From the IMG/VR virus record IMGVR_UViG_3300047095_000292, positions 27,908 through 91,907 of that record: a stretch of DNA of 64,000 bases; one strand, written 5' to 3'. This document shows positions 30,609-41,618 of this stretch, piece by piece. The translations under genes and the position numbers were made by a program. The notes under the pieces are model-generated. The model had not been told where the DNA came from. It ran no database searches and saw only the letters and a list, made by a program, of their open reading frames with translations. The stretch's first letter is position 1. Each line of letters opens with the position of its first letter. Origin of the DNA: a virus.

Positions 30609-30918
30609 TACTATAAATTACATTCCTAATTCCAAATGCCTTGATAGCAGCCATACAGATAGGGCATGGCTTAGCATTACGAAGATACTGATCTTTATTA
30701 TAACGAGTAACCCAGATAGTATGTATCTGCTTAGTCTTACATTTAAGAATGGCTGCGATCTCTGCATGCAGGTTGATCTTATTAGGCAACCCTACTTTAC
30801 GTGCAAAGTGAGCTTGCAAGGGATGCGACTTACTATAATTGTTTACAGCTGTTGCTATCATTTGATTGCCACGATTAAAGCATGCTGCATGTATTTTGTA
30901 CAGTGTTTTCTTTCGCAT
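30574..30918 (-). CDS. Zinc-dependent cytidine/dCMP deaminase-like protein
   Basis: HAE and PCPIC motifs. Confidence 0.85.
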   Translation of the reverse strand: MRKKTLYKIHAACFNRGNQMIATAVNNYSKSHPLQAHFARKVGLPNKINLHAEIAAILKCKTKQIHTIWVTRYNKDQYLRNAKPCPICMAAIKAFGIRNVIYSNARGEMVHEEY

Positions 30919-31049
30919 TATATAATCTTAAGCCCATTTAAGACAGCACCTAGTAAAAATAGAATACCTAAAGTAAGAGCTACGGGTGGTCTAAGATGCG
31001 GTGCAATGTAGATAACTCCAATTATTACTAAGAACTGTCCGTTTGTCAT

Positions 31050-31601
31050 TTATCGCTTTCGTAGTATAAATTCAATAGCACATTCAGGGCCGTCTATTGG
31101 CATCGTTTGGTCATTGAAGTTATTATGATCATAGCCAGCTTCCAAACGTAGAACACTAATAACATCTACAAGTTCACCTACGTTCTTTAACATAGATAAG
31201 ACGGCTATGGTGTGCTTAGTTGGGGTACGCTCCATCCTGAATGACCATTTGTGATCTGAGTTGAATCTACTAGGCCATGCATTGTGCTCATACATCTCTT
31301 CATCAGGAATAGTGACAACAATATAGCCACCAGGTTTACATATACGGATCCAGTTCCTAAGTGCAATATGTGGATCCTTCATATGTTCCAGGCAATGACT
31401 GCTATGCACGAATGAATATTGATTATCCTTTGCAGCCTTCATATATTGCGCATCACCATCCTTTAGATCCCAATTGTATGCGTCATAACCATGCTGAGAT
31501 ATACAGTCAGGACCAGCGCCAATATCAACGCCCTCCCCTGTAAAATACCTATCATTGTCAGCCTTGTATCTGCGTCTGATTGCCTTGGAAGCCTCATACA
31601 T
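31050..31601 (-). CDS. Class I SAM-dependent methyltransferase
   Basis: VDIGAG, VHSSHCLEH, RICKPGG. Confidence 0.85.
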   Translation of the reverse strand: MYEASKAIRRRYKADNDRYFTGEGVDIGAGPDCISQHGYDAYNWDLKDGDAQYMKAAKDNQYSFVHSSHCLEHMKDPHIALRNWIRICKPGGYIVVTIPDEEMYEHNAWPSRFNSDHKWSFRMERTPTKHTIAVLSMLKNVGELVDVISVLRLEAGYDHNNFNDQTMPIDGPECAIEFILRKR

Positions 31602-31932
31602 CTCTTTTATCCTTTATAAATCCGATAGCCCTTAAATAGTTTTGACGAAGCTTTTCAAATTCCTCTAAGTCCTTTTTACTAGCAAGACATATTTCTTCAT
31701 CACAGAAAGGGCCATCATCTCCTAGCTGAGATGCATGATAGATACAGCGATCATAATAACATTCAGTTGTCATTTCGCATACTTTCTATTGCATCAGAAA
31801 GTCTGATAAGAAATTCAGAATGTGACATTTGATTTAATTGATTATCAATTTCAGTATCATACCATACAGGGCGTTCCTCATATCCTTGCCCTTGCCATTC
31901 TTCAAACTGATAGCGTACGGTTGCCTCTAGAC

Positions 31933-32211
31933 TCATTTTATCACCTTAAGGTTTGCACTGCTAACAGGGCGTACTATTTCAGTACCTTCAATAAAGTAAC
32001 AAGTACCCTCATTAAGATTCAGGATAAGTGGCTTAGCTTTATTTACATTCTCTTGTACTGTCTTAGAGTTCAATAAGTAGCTAGTAGGACTGATCCTCAT
32101 AAAGTAACCTGGTCTACGATTTCGAGTAAAGATCTGTCTTACAGATAAATCAGATGCTAGAATTTCTGTCTTGCCTTTTGGTTCGTTCTTTTTGATTGTC
32201 AGTACGCTCAT
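31933..32211 (-). CDS. Hypothetical protein
   Basis: ORF, likely start MSVLTIK. Confidence 0.5.
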   Translation of the reverse strand: MSVLTIKKNEPKGKTEILASDLSVRQIFTRNRRPGYFMRISPTSYLLNSKTVQENVNKAKPLILNLNEGTCYFIEGTEIVRPVSSANLKVIK

Positions 32212-32648
32212 TTTGCTGTATCCCTTTGGTTGCTTGCTTACGTTTAACAGAGCACAGGCTATGATTAGCTGCGCTGCGATGCTTTCCACAGTACTCACAG
32301 AGTGTTGTTGTATTGAACTTCATTGCTACCTCCTTTAAGTGACATCACTAGATTCACGACGTCTAATGATGTCAATTAAAGGCCCTACAACACTCTTTAG
32401 AATGTGTAGGGCAATTAATCCATAATCTTTTAAACTTATTCCCTTGCGGGTGTAAAGTCTAATAGTCATTATGATAACTATGTGCTAACGTTGCGTTAGC
32501 GAAAGGTGAGTGTTTTCTATAAAGCTTCAGAAGGGAGGAGACTTCAGCAATATATGGATTACACACAACCAATAAGGAAAGCCTATATCATGCTTGTTTA
32601 TCAAAGATAGCTTAAGCATGACACAGGACTTATATCCTTAGTGGTTTC

Positions 32649-33260
32649 TTAAGCAGCCTTCTTAGCAGCAGCTTTCGCATCGGCCTTAGCTTTTGCACGC
32701 TTAGCTTGGTAAGCCTCAAATACAGCACCGCCAGCCTTCTTAGCAGCTTGATACTCTTCCAGACCACCACCGGCAGGAGCTTGACGCTTCTCAACGCCAG
32801 CCTCGTAAGCCTCTTCAATCTTTTCACGATTGGCAATGATCCACTTAGCTGCATTAGCATCAGCCAGAGCAGTTAGTGCAGCCATCGTAGCAGCAGCCTT
32901 TTCTTCATCCTTCATACGCTTGACAGAAGGCCAACGGAAGGAATCAAGAACTGCAGCAGCATTGTCTTGAATGAAACGCAGCTTGTTATCAGTGATAGTA
33001 GCAAGATGTGCAAGTGCCTTCTCTAGCTTGTTCTTTTCAGCCTTAGTTACACGAGCAACAGTACCAACTTCGAAACTCTTCATGATCTCATCTTCGTTCT
33101 CATACAGGAACGTAGCAAGATTAGCATCACCACCAGCAACCTTCTTCAGAGCGGCCTCGACCATTGGCTTACGCAGATAGTCACGAGCTTCCGTAACAGT
33201 GCTGAACCATTTGCCATCAGGAGTCATAACGCCTTTTTGAAGTTGAAGATTGTTTGACAT
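32649..33260 (-). CDS. Hypothetical Ala/Lys-rich protein
   Basis: 203-aa ORF with SD, downstream of a candidate phage promoter. Confidence 0.7.
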   Translation of the reverse strand: MSNNLQLQKGVMTPDGKWFSTVTEARDYLRKPMVEAALKKVAGGDANLATFLYENEDEIMKSFEVGTVARVTKAEKNKLEKALAHLATITDNKLRFIQDNAAAVLDSFRWPSVKRMKDEEKAAATMAALTALADANAAKWIIANREKIEEAYEAGVEKRQAPAGGGLEEYQAAKKAGGAVFEAYQAKRAKAKADAKAAAKKAA

Positions 33261-33407
33261 AGCTTTTATTTCCTTTTAATATAATTAAATACGGTACACG
33301 ATGTTGTGTACCATATAAGATACCCCGTATTGCACAATTGCAGTACTAGGGTTAAAACGCCAACCGTCCTCCAGTTGGATTACAAACGGCCTTTTCAGAC
33401 CAATTTT

Positions 33408-33431
33408 TATATCATTAATTTTGCTAGGTGT
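33408..33431 (-). promoter_or_regulatory. Candidate phage RNAP promoter
   Basis: ACACCTAGCAAAATTAATGATATA, intergenic. Confidence 0.5.
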
Positions 33432-33434
33432 ATT

Positions 33435-33938
33435 TTAATTACAACGCAGAAACTCACCCTGCACCTTTTCAGCAGCGGATACCCAGGCTTTATATGCCTC
33501 AACCTCATCAGTAAATACTCCTAAATATTTAGTAGTACCTCCTATCGAAATAGATGCCTGCCATTTCTTAATATCCTTTCTCCAATATATTCCTTTCAGC
33601 TTGCTAGAACAGTCTTTAAACTTTCCGCGATTTCGCAAGTTCTCAGAGCGTGTAGCCAACCTCAGATTTTCTATTCGGTTGTCGGATAAGTCATTATTTA
33701 TATGATCTATATCACCTTCATACTGCCCATTATGATATAGCCAGATAAATCTATGTAGGGCTGCTTTAACACCTTTAAAGTTCATTGCTTTATATCCGTT
33801 GCCCATGACATACGTACCGCCACAGACTTCGCCTATCTTGCAAGTTGCCTTATCTTTTATCCAAAAAAGAACACCGTTATCATATCTGGTGTATTCTCTT
33901 AACTCTTCCTTGGTGATATCTTTAAATTTTTTCTTCAA
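33435..33938 (-). CDS. Free-standing HNH-AP2 endonuclease
   Basis: LHRFIW...IDHINNDLSDNRIENLR...KGIYW...YLGVF; likely TTG start after SD at 33938. Confidence 0.88.
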   Translation of the reverse strand: MKKKFKDITKEELREYTRYDNGVLFWIKDKATCKIGEVCGGTYVMGNGYKAMNFKGVKAALHRFIWLYHNGQYEGDIDHINNDLSDNRIENLRLATRSENLRNRGKFKDCSSKLKGIYWRKDIKKWQASISIGGTTKYLGVFTDEVEAYKAWVSAAEKVQGEFLRCN

Positions 33939-34095
33939 AGTATCTCCTTTAATTGTGCGCCACGGTTCCAGCTTTTGCGTTTCTGGGCTTCCACTTTTGT
34001 AGGACACTTGCCCCTGCCTGACCGCCAGTTGCCTCACCTTGCCCCAACCTGCTACCCTGCCGGTGCACGCCTGTCGCACCCGCCAGACCTCCGGA

Positions 34096-34494
34096 CTAAC
34101 CAAATACGATATTCATTTGATTATCTTTTGCAGCCTTAAGCATCATTATCAATGTATCAAGCCTTCGTAAAACATATTGCGAATCCCTACCACAATCAAT
34201 AAAGTTTCCAACACGAGTTGTTGCCTTTTCGAAATGATCCTTCTCTCGTGTATTGCGTATTTTAGTTACTTTACGCAGAACCTTACTGATCTTATCCTGC
34301 TCCCACTTACCATATAGCTCATTTGCTTCCTTATACTGCCCTAGAAGGATGAGTAAATCTGCTGCATTTACATTTGAAAGATTCATTTCATAGAATCCCT
34401 CGCATGGTCTTGTATCCCACCACTCAGGCTCATTATTTGGATCAGGTTGATAACGTTCCGTTGGTGCACCTTCAATGTGAAACGTTATGCTCAT
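34096..34494 (-). CDS. Hypothetical protein
   Basis: ORF with ATGA overlap. Confidence 0.6.
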   Translation of the reverse strand: MSITFHIEGAPTERYQPDPNNEPEWWDTRPCEGFYEMNLSNVNAADLLILLGQYKEANELYGKWEQDKISKVLRKVTKIRNTREKDHFEKATTRVGNFIDCGRDSQYVLRRLDTLIMMLKAAKDNQMNIVFG

Positions 34495-34838
34495 CGTACC
34501 TCCGTTGCGTTACGGGAATCTAGCTGACCCTCTGGTAGTACATTATGTGCACCCCAAATAGTTTCAGCATCCATAAATACAGACTGTGGATGGTCATCGA
34601 TCCAGATGCTAGGGTGAATACCTAAATTAGCCATGAAAGGCTTCTTAGCCATGCGACCTGTAAAGAACACATTTTCTTCACCAATGAAACTGAGAAACTT
34701 AGGATCAATTCCTTCTGATTGGTAACGCATTGTAACTGCTACAATACGATGATCCCGCATCTCAGCTGTAAAGATGAAGCGTTCCCATAGAGCCGGATCT
34801 TCTGTAAATGTACCATCATAATCAAGTGCTATGATCAT
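34491..34838 (-). CDS. HAD-superfamily hydrolase
   Basis: DYDGT motif I, VTMR motif II, WIDD motif IV. Confidence 0.8.
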   Translation of the reverse strand: MIIALDYDGTFTEDPALWERFIFTAEMRDHRIVAVTMRYQSEGIDPKFLSFIGEENVFFTGRMAKKPFMANLGIHPSIWIDDHPQSVFMDAETIWGAHNVLPEGQLDSRNATEVR

Positions 34839-35419
34839 GCAGCTTCTCCAAATGATAAAATTGTTGCATGCATTGTAGGTACTCTTTCTTGCCTTTGTTT
34901 AGCCCGAATAGAGGCCTGTGCGGGTGATTGCAAGCGTATAATCTGTTCAAGCAATGTTGCTACCTCTTGCGGTTCAACGATTAATTCCTTTGCTGGAGGC
35001 TTTTCAAGGGCAGTGAATAGTGGCAATTCAGATAGCCTCATTTCATGCATACTAAATTCCATCATAGTCGGTCTAGTGTCTGCCCACGCATTGAAGGTGG
35101 GCATTAACCCTGGATCGCTAACTCTGAACATGATATCACTAGCTGCTTGTATTACAGTGAAGTCAGGACCATTCCAACGTTGCTCGTACTTGTCTCGAAA
35201 GTCATTGAAACGATCTCGTTCCATGTACCTATAGTACTCTTTACTAATAGCAAGCATCTTCAGATTTGATGCGGGATGATACAGGAGCAGACGCTTCTCT
35301 TCCCTGTAAATATCATCTTCCAAGGATATTTTCCAACCACTGCGCCCTAAGGCAACAGTGGTGGTCTCCCATCCTGCAAAGTAGACAGGGCAGGGCGGAT
35401 TAACCTGTAGGAGCGCCAT
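34835..35419 (-). CDS. Hypothetical protein
   Basis: 194-aa ORF, tightly packed. Confidence 0.6.
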   Translation of the reverse strand: MALLQVNPPCPVYFAGWETTTVALGRSGWKISLEDDIYREEKRLLLYHPASNLKMLAISKEYYRYMERDRFNDFRDKYEQRWNGPDFTVIQAASDIMFRVSDPGLMPTFNAWADTRPTMMEFSMHEMRLSELPLFTALEKPPAKELIVEPQEVATLLEQIIRLQSPAQASIRAKQRQERVPTMHATILSFGEAA

Positions 35420-35953
35420 TTATTGCGGCCATTCTATATGTTGCCATGTCCGTCCTTTCTGTATTTGGTAAATAGCACCCCGATGTACTCCAAACTCTCT
35501 TGCAATATCGGGAATATGCTCTCCGGCCGCAATTAGACCTTTTATGATCCTTACGCTTGCATCAGTTAGTTTCGCTGTTGCGTTTTGCTCACCGACTCCA
35601 TGTAGACCGCTTTCAATAGCATGTGTCCTGTTCTCCTCGCCTGTCATCCAGACTAATGAGCAAGCCCGATTATCAGACTTGTCTATTCGTCCTTCAGAGT
35701 CAACACCAATATGACCTACCTCAGGTTTGTTACCAGGGTTAGGAATAAATGCAATCGCTACTAATCTGTTCACACGGTGCGTTGCATGATTCTCGCCTAA
35801 GCCAATACCTACATTTAAGTAGCCTTCATTATTTGCGATTAGCTTAAGTATGCGACTCTTTTTAAACTTTGTATCAGGACTCTTGACTCTACCGAGGGTT
35901 GAGACGAAATAACCGTCTATTATATGGCGCCACTCTTCTGTTAGCTCTGCCAT
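35420..35953 (-). CDS. Free-standing NUMOD4/HNH endonuclease with an insertion in the HNH motif
   Basis: EEWR...VSTLGRVK, VNRLVA...EVGHIGVDSEGRIDKSDNR. Confidence 0.8.
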   Translation of the reverse strand: MAELTEEWRHIIDGYFVSTLGRVKSPDTKFKKSRILKLIANNEGYLNVGIGLGENHATHRVNRLVAIAFIPNPGNKPEVGHIGVDSEGRIDKSDNRACSLVWMTGEENRTHAIESGLHGVGEQNATAKLTDASVRIIKGLIAAGEHIPDIAREFGVHRGAIYQIQKGRTWQHIEWPQ

Positions 35954-35957
35954 AATA

Positions 35958-36388
35958 TTAACCTGCGAATGAACCGTCGGAGATACTCTGCTGTAGGTCC
36001 TCGATTTCACGCTCAATGTTACGTACGATACTCTTCGCAGCATCAAGTTCGCGAAGTTTCTTTACAAGTGCAGTTGTAGCCTTCTTTGCCTTTTCTTCAG
36101 CGATTTCTTTATTAGCAGTTTCAATTACAGCTTTGATATCAAACATTATTTACGCCTTTCGATTTTGATTGTGAATGGAAACAGCTTGTGCCACCACTTT
36201 GCATTGTGTTGTCTTGCAATCAGCTTCTCTTTCAGCTCTTGCACTTTCAGTAGATGTAACTCTTTATGATACTCGTGTACAGCCTGATCGATTATATCCT
36301 GCGTGTACTCTGAGACATCCTCATACTTTGGCAAGTTCATGGTCACGCGGTACCTTGAAGCCTGAAGCATTGAAATGGCCACCACCAC
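35958..36388 (-). CDS. Two small hypothetical proteins (35958-36146 and 36146-~36334)
   Basis: Packed coiled-coil-like ORFs. Confidence 0.5.
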
Positions 36389-37178
36389 CGTAAATAGCAG
36401 CGATAATGCTTACATCCATTGACTGAGAGTTGTTCTTATTAGACCTTAAGGAGAAACATCTATTATCCCTGTTATCATAATAGGTCGCAGCAAATGGAGC
36501 ATCTTCAGACATGATCATACCTGCATCTGAAGCCATTGTATACGGCACATTTACAACAGGAACCATTTTATAGTCCCCAATGTCAATAAAACGCTTAGCA
36601 GTTCTGATTAGCTCATTTACATCCTTCAGATGTTTCTTCTCAAGGATACTGCCAAGCTTAATATAAGTATCAATATCACGCTTAGACGCTTTCATGAACT
36701 TATCCCACACCTTAAAGTCATACTCGTGCGAGAACAGAAACATTGACACTTCTTTACTACCAGGTAACTCGAACTTCCAGAGATCCCTGTCCTGGATATA
36801 CGCAATCATACGCGGCATTACTTCCTTTTTGCTCCGCATAGTCTGCATAAATTCCCAGGCTAACACTGCACCCGACCTCTCATTAGAGCTGAACTGCATA
36901 TTAAGCCCCTTTTCTTGAAGCGGCCAAAGATCTTCTAGTGCACTCTTATGATGATCAATTAAGGTTACGGACTTTGCGAATTTTAGCATTTCCAGGACTT
37001 GATCATACTTATAACTAAAGTCAACTAAATATACGTCGCGGTCTACGATATCTGGCACAGGCGCCTGATATGTACCTGCGAAATATTTTGCGCCGTCCCC
37101 AAAGTGCCTCCAAAATGACCAACATGCACCATAGCCATCTGCACAGTCTTTATGATAAATTACAATAGGCCGCTTCAT
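36321..37178 (-). CDS. DHH/DHHA1 phosphoesterase
   Basis: YHKDCADG, VDFS, IDHH, DRDLW, GGGGHFNASGF. Confidence 0.92.
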   Translation of the reverse strand: MKRPIVIYHKDCADGYGACWSFWRHFGDGAKYFAGTYQAPVPDIVDRDVYLVDFSYKYDQVLEMLKFAKSVTLIDHHKSALEDLWPLQEKGLNMQFSSNERSGAVLAWEFMQTMRSKKEVMPRMIAYIQDRDLWKFELPGSKEVSMFLFSHEYDFKVWDKFMKASKRDIDTYIKLGSILEKKHLKDVNELIRTAKRFIDIGDYKMVPVVNVPYTMASDAGMIMSEDAPFAATYYDNRDNRCFSLRSNKNNSQSMDVSIIAAIYGGGGHFNASGFKVPRDHELAKV

Positions 37179-37705
37179 TCCACATGTCTCCAAGTCTTTC
37201 TATGATGTATTTGAGATATCGTACTACTATCTACACCGTACATTTTACCAACACTGCACATAGAACTGCCGTCCCTTATCAGTTTTCTTATCGTCACGAT
37301 ATCGCTCTCTTTTAACTTTGAATTAGTGTTCTTGCTACCTAGAAGTAATGCTAAACTGCCATGCAGCATATTTTCCTCATGTGTCATCCATTCAAGGTTC
37401 GTACTATTATTGTTCAGTTTATCAAGATCCTTATGATTAACCTCGGGCTTACCATCCGCATTTTCTACGAAGGCTCTGGCAACTAGAATATGGACAGCTA
37501 TCGTTATGTACGTGCCATTTTTGTATAGCTTTATTATTCTATAACCATTGCTGTTGATAGCTTGATTTAGCACGCGGCCTTTTAGTACGCATTCAGAGTC
37601 GTTTAGTCTAACTCCGGCCCTATCAATACTTCGTATATTACCAAGATTTGAAACTTCATAAAACTCATGACAACTACGCCACTCTTCTATTTCAGGTGAC
37701 TCCAT
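37175..37705 (-). CDS. Free-standing NUMOD4/HNH endonuclease
   Basis: YEVSNLGNIRS, VNHKDLDKLNNNSTNLEW. Confidence 0.9.
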   Translation of the reverse strand: MESPEIEEWRSCHEFYEVSNLGNIRSIDRAGVRLNDSECVLKGRVLNQAINSNGYRIIKLYKNGTYITIAVHILVARAFVENADGKPEVNHKDLDKLNNNSTNLEWMTHEENMLHGSLALLLGSKNTNSKLKESDIVTIRKLIRDGSSMCSVGKMYGVDSSTISQIHHRKTWRHVE

Positions 37706-37720
37706 CTTATATCTCCTATC

Positions 37721-39452
37721 TTAAAACCCCGCTAGTTGACCACGATCGGATTGTGGCTCTTCCTTGAATCTAGCATTCCAAGCAATCATCTTTTCTTTGC
37801 TACCCCAACATGCGCATGGAGCATTATTATACAGATACGCAATGTATACAGGAAGGACCCACATATTGTTACTGTCTGCACGACTGCATGCCTCCTTCAG
37901 ATCATTACTAATTACTGCACGTAGAAAGTCTCCAGGTAAGATACCGTAATCAATATAGCGTATAAGACCATCATGCATATAATCAGGTATTGTCTGTCCT
38001 TGAAATAAAAATTCTGCAATCTTATGCTTTTCCACGTGGATCCCTCCAGTAAGATTCAGGGAAAGGTGTATCACAGAGCATGTTAATTAGAACCTCTCCT
38101 TTAGGTGTGACATTATAAGAAGATCCATAATTCGTACGATTAGCCTCACTACGTGTCTCTAGAATTCCCTCAGCTCTGAATCGAGCTATCGTCTCCCTAA
38201 CAGTCGGTGCAGTGATTCTATCATGCTCTTCAGGAGATACATAGTAGTGCAGCAGTACATCAATGTCATTCGGTGTCAAAATGTACCTCCTAAGTATGCC
38301 AGTAGAGCAGCGGCAAGTATCTGCGGATTGGTGTTTTTCCAGACTCTTCCATCGGGCGCTATCAGAAACCAATATCCCTCTGCGGTGTCTTTTTCAATAA
38401 CCTTTAGAAAATCTTTTACATCAACTGGCACTGTTTCCTTCGGAATTGTGCTCGTCTGAAAATCATTTCTCATAATGTAACCTTATATAGCAACCGGAAG
38501 AATCTACTCTTCTCTCAAAGGCCTTATACTCCATCCTTTCAATAATATGACATATCATATTAAACAGGTGGCGATTAGCCATATCTGTATCATGATGATC
38601 AACTACCTTGATCCATTTTCCAGGCCTACGGTATATAGATGCGAGTGTATCAAATGCAATCGCAGTAGATCTACCTGTACATCTTGTTGGGTCTTCGATA
38701 AAAAATCTATTGAACCCCTCTGGCGCTATCGCTTGTATCGGATGTTGTCTCATAATTGGCCTTCATTTTAGCAAGCACTTCCTCTGCAATATTATGCCAA
38801 GCAACTGGACTAATTACTGCATTTCCATGCTCATTTGGTTTTGGTGTAGATGCTACTTGTTCTGCATAGTATCGAATTGCTTCAATTACAAAGGATTGCA
38901 CTAGTGCACCATGCGAAGACTGTGTCATTAGATACGAAACAAACTCAAGATTAGTCGGACGCTTAGGTTTGCTGTGTCGACTTAGAATTAAACTCATTAA
39001 ATATTTCCTTAAAGTGATGACAGATATTATATGTCTTAATTTGCTTATTTTTAGGAATACAATGAAGCATCCCATGTCGAAGTGTTTTCTTATGAGCACA
39101 CTTACCGCAACAGCCACCTGCATTTCTATTATCAACTAGCTTAAGATAGTTACGTCCTTGTTCATCCTGCTCATGCATTCGCGTATTTGTTGCCTGTACG
39201 GACGTCATCCCTTGCAAAAAGTTTCTGTATACTTTATTAAGATCCATAGGTTACCTCATCAAGGTATTTCTCTTCAATTCGAATTGTTATACCCTGATCT
39301 TCAAGGACCGCCTTTTGTCTACAGGCAAGGTGATAACTGCTAAATACACCAACAAATATTTTTTGATAGTAGTCAGTAACAAGATATACCTTAGGCATAT
39401 CTATTGCCTTACGCAGTAGCGCTGAAATCCCCGGATTCAAAGTCGTCTGCAT
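37721..39452 (-). CDS. Run of about seven small hypothetical genes
   Basis: Overlapping minus-strand ORFs 37721-38074, 38022-38372, 38276-38473, 38463-38753, 38707-39135, 38963-39247, 39237-39452; starts uncertain. Confidence 0.45.
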
Positions 39453-40248
39453 TGTGTTCTACTCCATCGAATTTTTGGAAGGCATCAACAAGAAACTGTC
39501 CATAGTCTACAGGTAATTCATCCATTCCTTTCTCGGAATAACTGTCCAGCAATCCTTGCAAATAACAGGTATCTACACCTGATAGTTGCTCTTTCAACTC
39601 ACGGTAATTCTTTATTTCCAACCTTACGATACTCAATGCAATATGCATCAACGTACTACCTGGCACTTTGTAACCACGCTCTTGATATTTCTTAGTACGA
39701 TACAGGGCACAGATAGGATAATGAGATGCACCTTGGTATACTAGCTTCTTAGCAGAGAGATCTTGAAAGAAACGATCACCGAATACAAATTCGCCTGTCT
39801 CGAAATCAAAGGCTCCTGTGGTGATAGTAAAGTCGAAGTTCTTGAAGATCTCTTGTGGTGTACCTGAGAAGCGAGTAATAAGCTGTGCAGTCCAGACCTT
39901 CCTTGATTTTGTAGATTTACGCTTATATGTCAGTGCATTGTTCGATACAAATACATTCTCAGGAAACCACTTCATTAAAAAGGCTTTACATTCTGTAAGC
40001 TTTCTAATATCCTTCATGTAGAAGTCAAGGTCATTGACTATTGTACCTGAGAAAATACTATTAACTGCACCACCACATACCATAAGCTTAAGATCATGCA
40101 TTTCCTGTAGGATATCACCTAAATTGGCAGGACGCGTTCCTTTGATCCAATCTACGAACTTCTCAAAGTTGTTTGCAGGGTCAGGATTAGGATTAAAGTA
40201 AGTCCTAATTGTTTCCATTAGACGATACTGTTCAATCTCATTATTCAT
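39409..40248 (-). CDS. Pol-beta-superfamily nucleotidyltransferase (CCA/poly(A) polymerase-like head)
   Basis: CGGAV...NDLDFY and FDFT motifs. Confidence 0.7.
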   Translation of the reverse strand: MNNEIEQYRLMETIRTYFNPNPDPANNFEKFVDWIKGTRPANLGDILQEMHDLKLMVCGGAVNSIFSGTIVNDLDFYMKDIRKLTECKAFLMKWFPENVFVSNNALTYKRKSTKSRKVWTAQLITRFSGTPQEIFKNFDFTITTGAFDFETGEFVFGDRFFQDLSAKKLVYQGASHYPICALYRTKKYQERGYKVPGSTLMHIALSIVRLEIKNYRELKEQLSGVDTCYLQGLLDSYSEKGMDELPVDYGQFLVDAFQKFDGVEHNADDFESGDFSATA

Positions 40249-41618
40249 TTACTTTGTCCTCACATTTAGGAGCTCTATATGTTGTGTCAACACTTTTCAT
40301 TGATTCTAGTATGTTTGCGCGAAGAGCCTGATTATCTACCTCAGCGTATTCATCAACAATTTCCCAGAATGTTCTATTCACGCTCGGTACTTGAAAGAGT
40401 CTTGAGCGTTGCCCATTTAGTAACTTAAAATGACCTCTATTTGTTTTACCATAGCGTACACTACGAATCAACTTAGAATTAGGATCGGCACCATTTGGCA
40501 TGATTTCTAATACGATATTAATAAAATCACCAGTAGCATCACTACGAATAAGGTCACCGACACGGATCTCACGTTGTGGCTTAATTGCCTTGAATATGTG
40601 CCTCATTGATGTTTCCCTTGTTTCATTTCATTAAACTTTAGCATATCAACCCATGCTCCTATTGCCTCAAGCGAAGGATTTTCATATATAACTTTATTGT
40701 CTCTTGTCAAGACTCTTGTCTTAATTCCGTTAGGGTATTCGATTACCCATGCCATTAGTCCTTCAACTACACTGGCATACTCTGTTGCAGACTTATCTAG
40801 CCACCACTTTACGCCTAGTTCATTAACATGATCGGGAGTTTTGCTAATGTCCAAGATCTAACTCCTGTTGTTTTAGTTTAAAGATATACTCTTCAAATTG
40901 TTCAAGTACACGTTGCTTGTTACCTTTAAATCCAAACTCCTTTTTTATAATAGTATATGCTGAGGGAGGGTGACTACGATGCATACCTATTATTTCAAGC
41001 TTAAGCATCCCTTTCAATGAGAGTAGTCTAAACATTGATATTTGATTTGGTTTATCTAATACTAGTAACTCATCAGTACTCATCAATTTGCCTCTTTATT
41101 TCCTTAATAGATGCCTCATAGCCTAGCGCAGTCCATGAATCGTCTCTACGCCATGCCATTTCCATTAGCGCTTCAGTAAACCATAACTTAATATATAAAT
41201 ATAATAGTCTCAAAATGGAACTCCTCTCCATTGAGTATCTTGAGTAATAGCGCGCCATTTCTTAAACTCTAGCGCAACGCTAATAGTATCACCACCGGAT
41301 CCCCAATATACACCACTCCAGTATGAATATAAAATTACACCATTATGGTATCGCTGATATACTCCTACTCTAACTGGTCTAGTCTCCCTTGGATACCATG
41401 TTGTATACATTTGTGAGTCATGCCATTCAAGTTCTTTCATAGATCTCACCTTTGCCTGTCTTTACATAATACCTAGCAATAACTCTTTCTCGTTTATTGC
41501 CACTTTCATCGACGCCATTAGGAATACTAAACGATACAGTAATTGGTCCCATGTGTGTCAATCTGGCTTCTGGATATCTTTGCAGTACTGCCTGTTTGAA
41601 TGCATCTGGATATTTCAT
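40241..41618 (-). CDS. Run of six small hypothetical genes
   Basis: Overlapping ORFs 40241-40606, 40603-40854, 40844-41086, 41073-41258, 41210-41449, 41427-41618. Confidence 0.5.
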
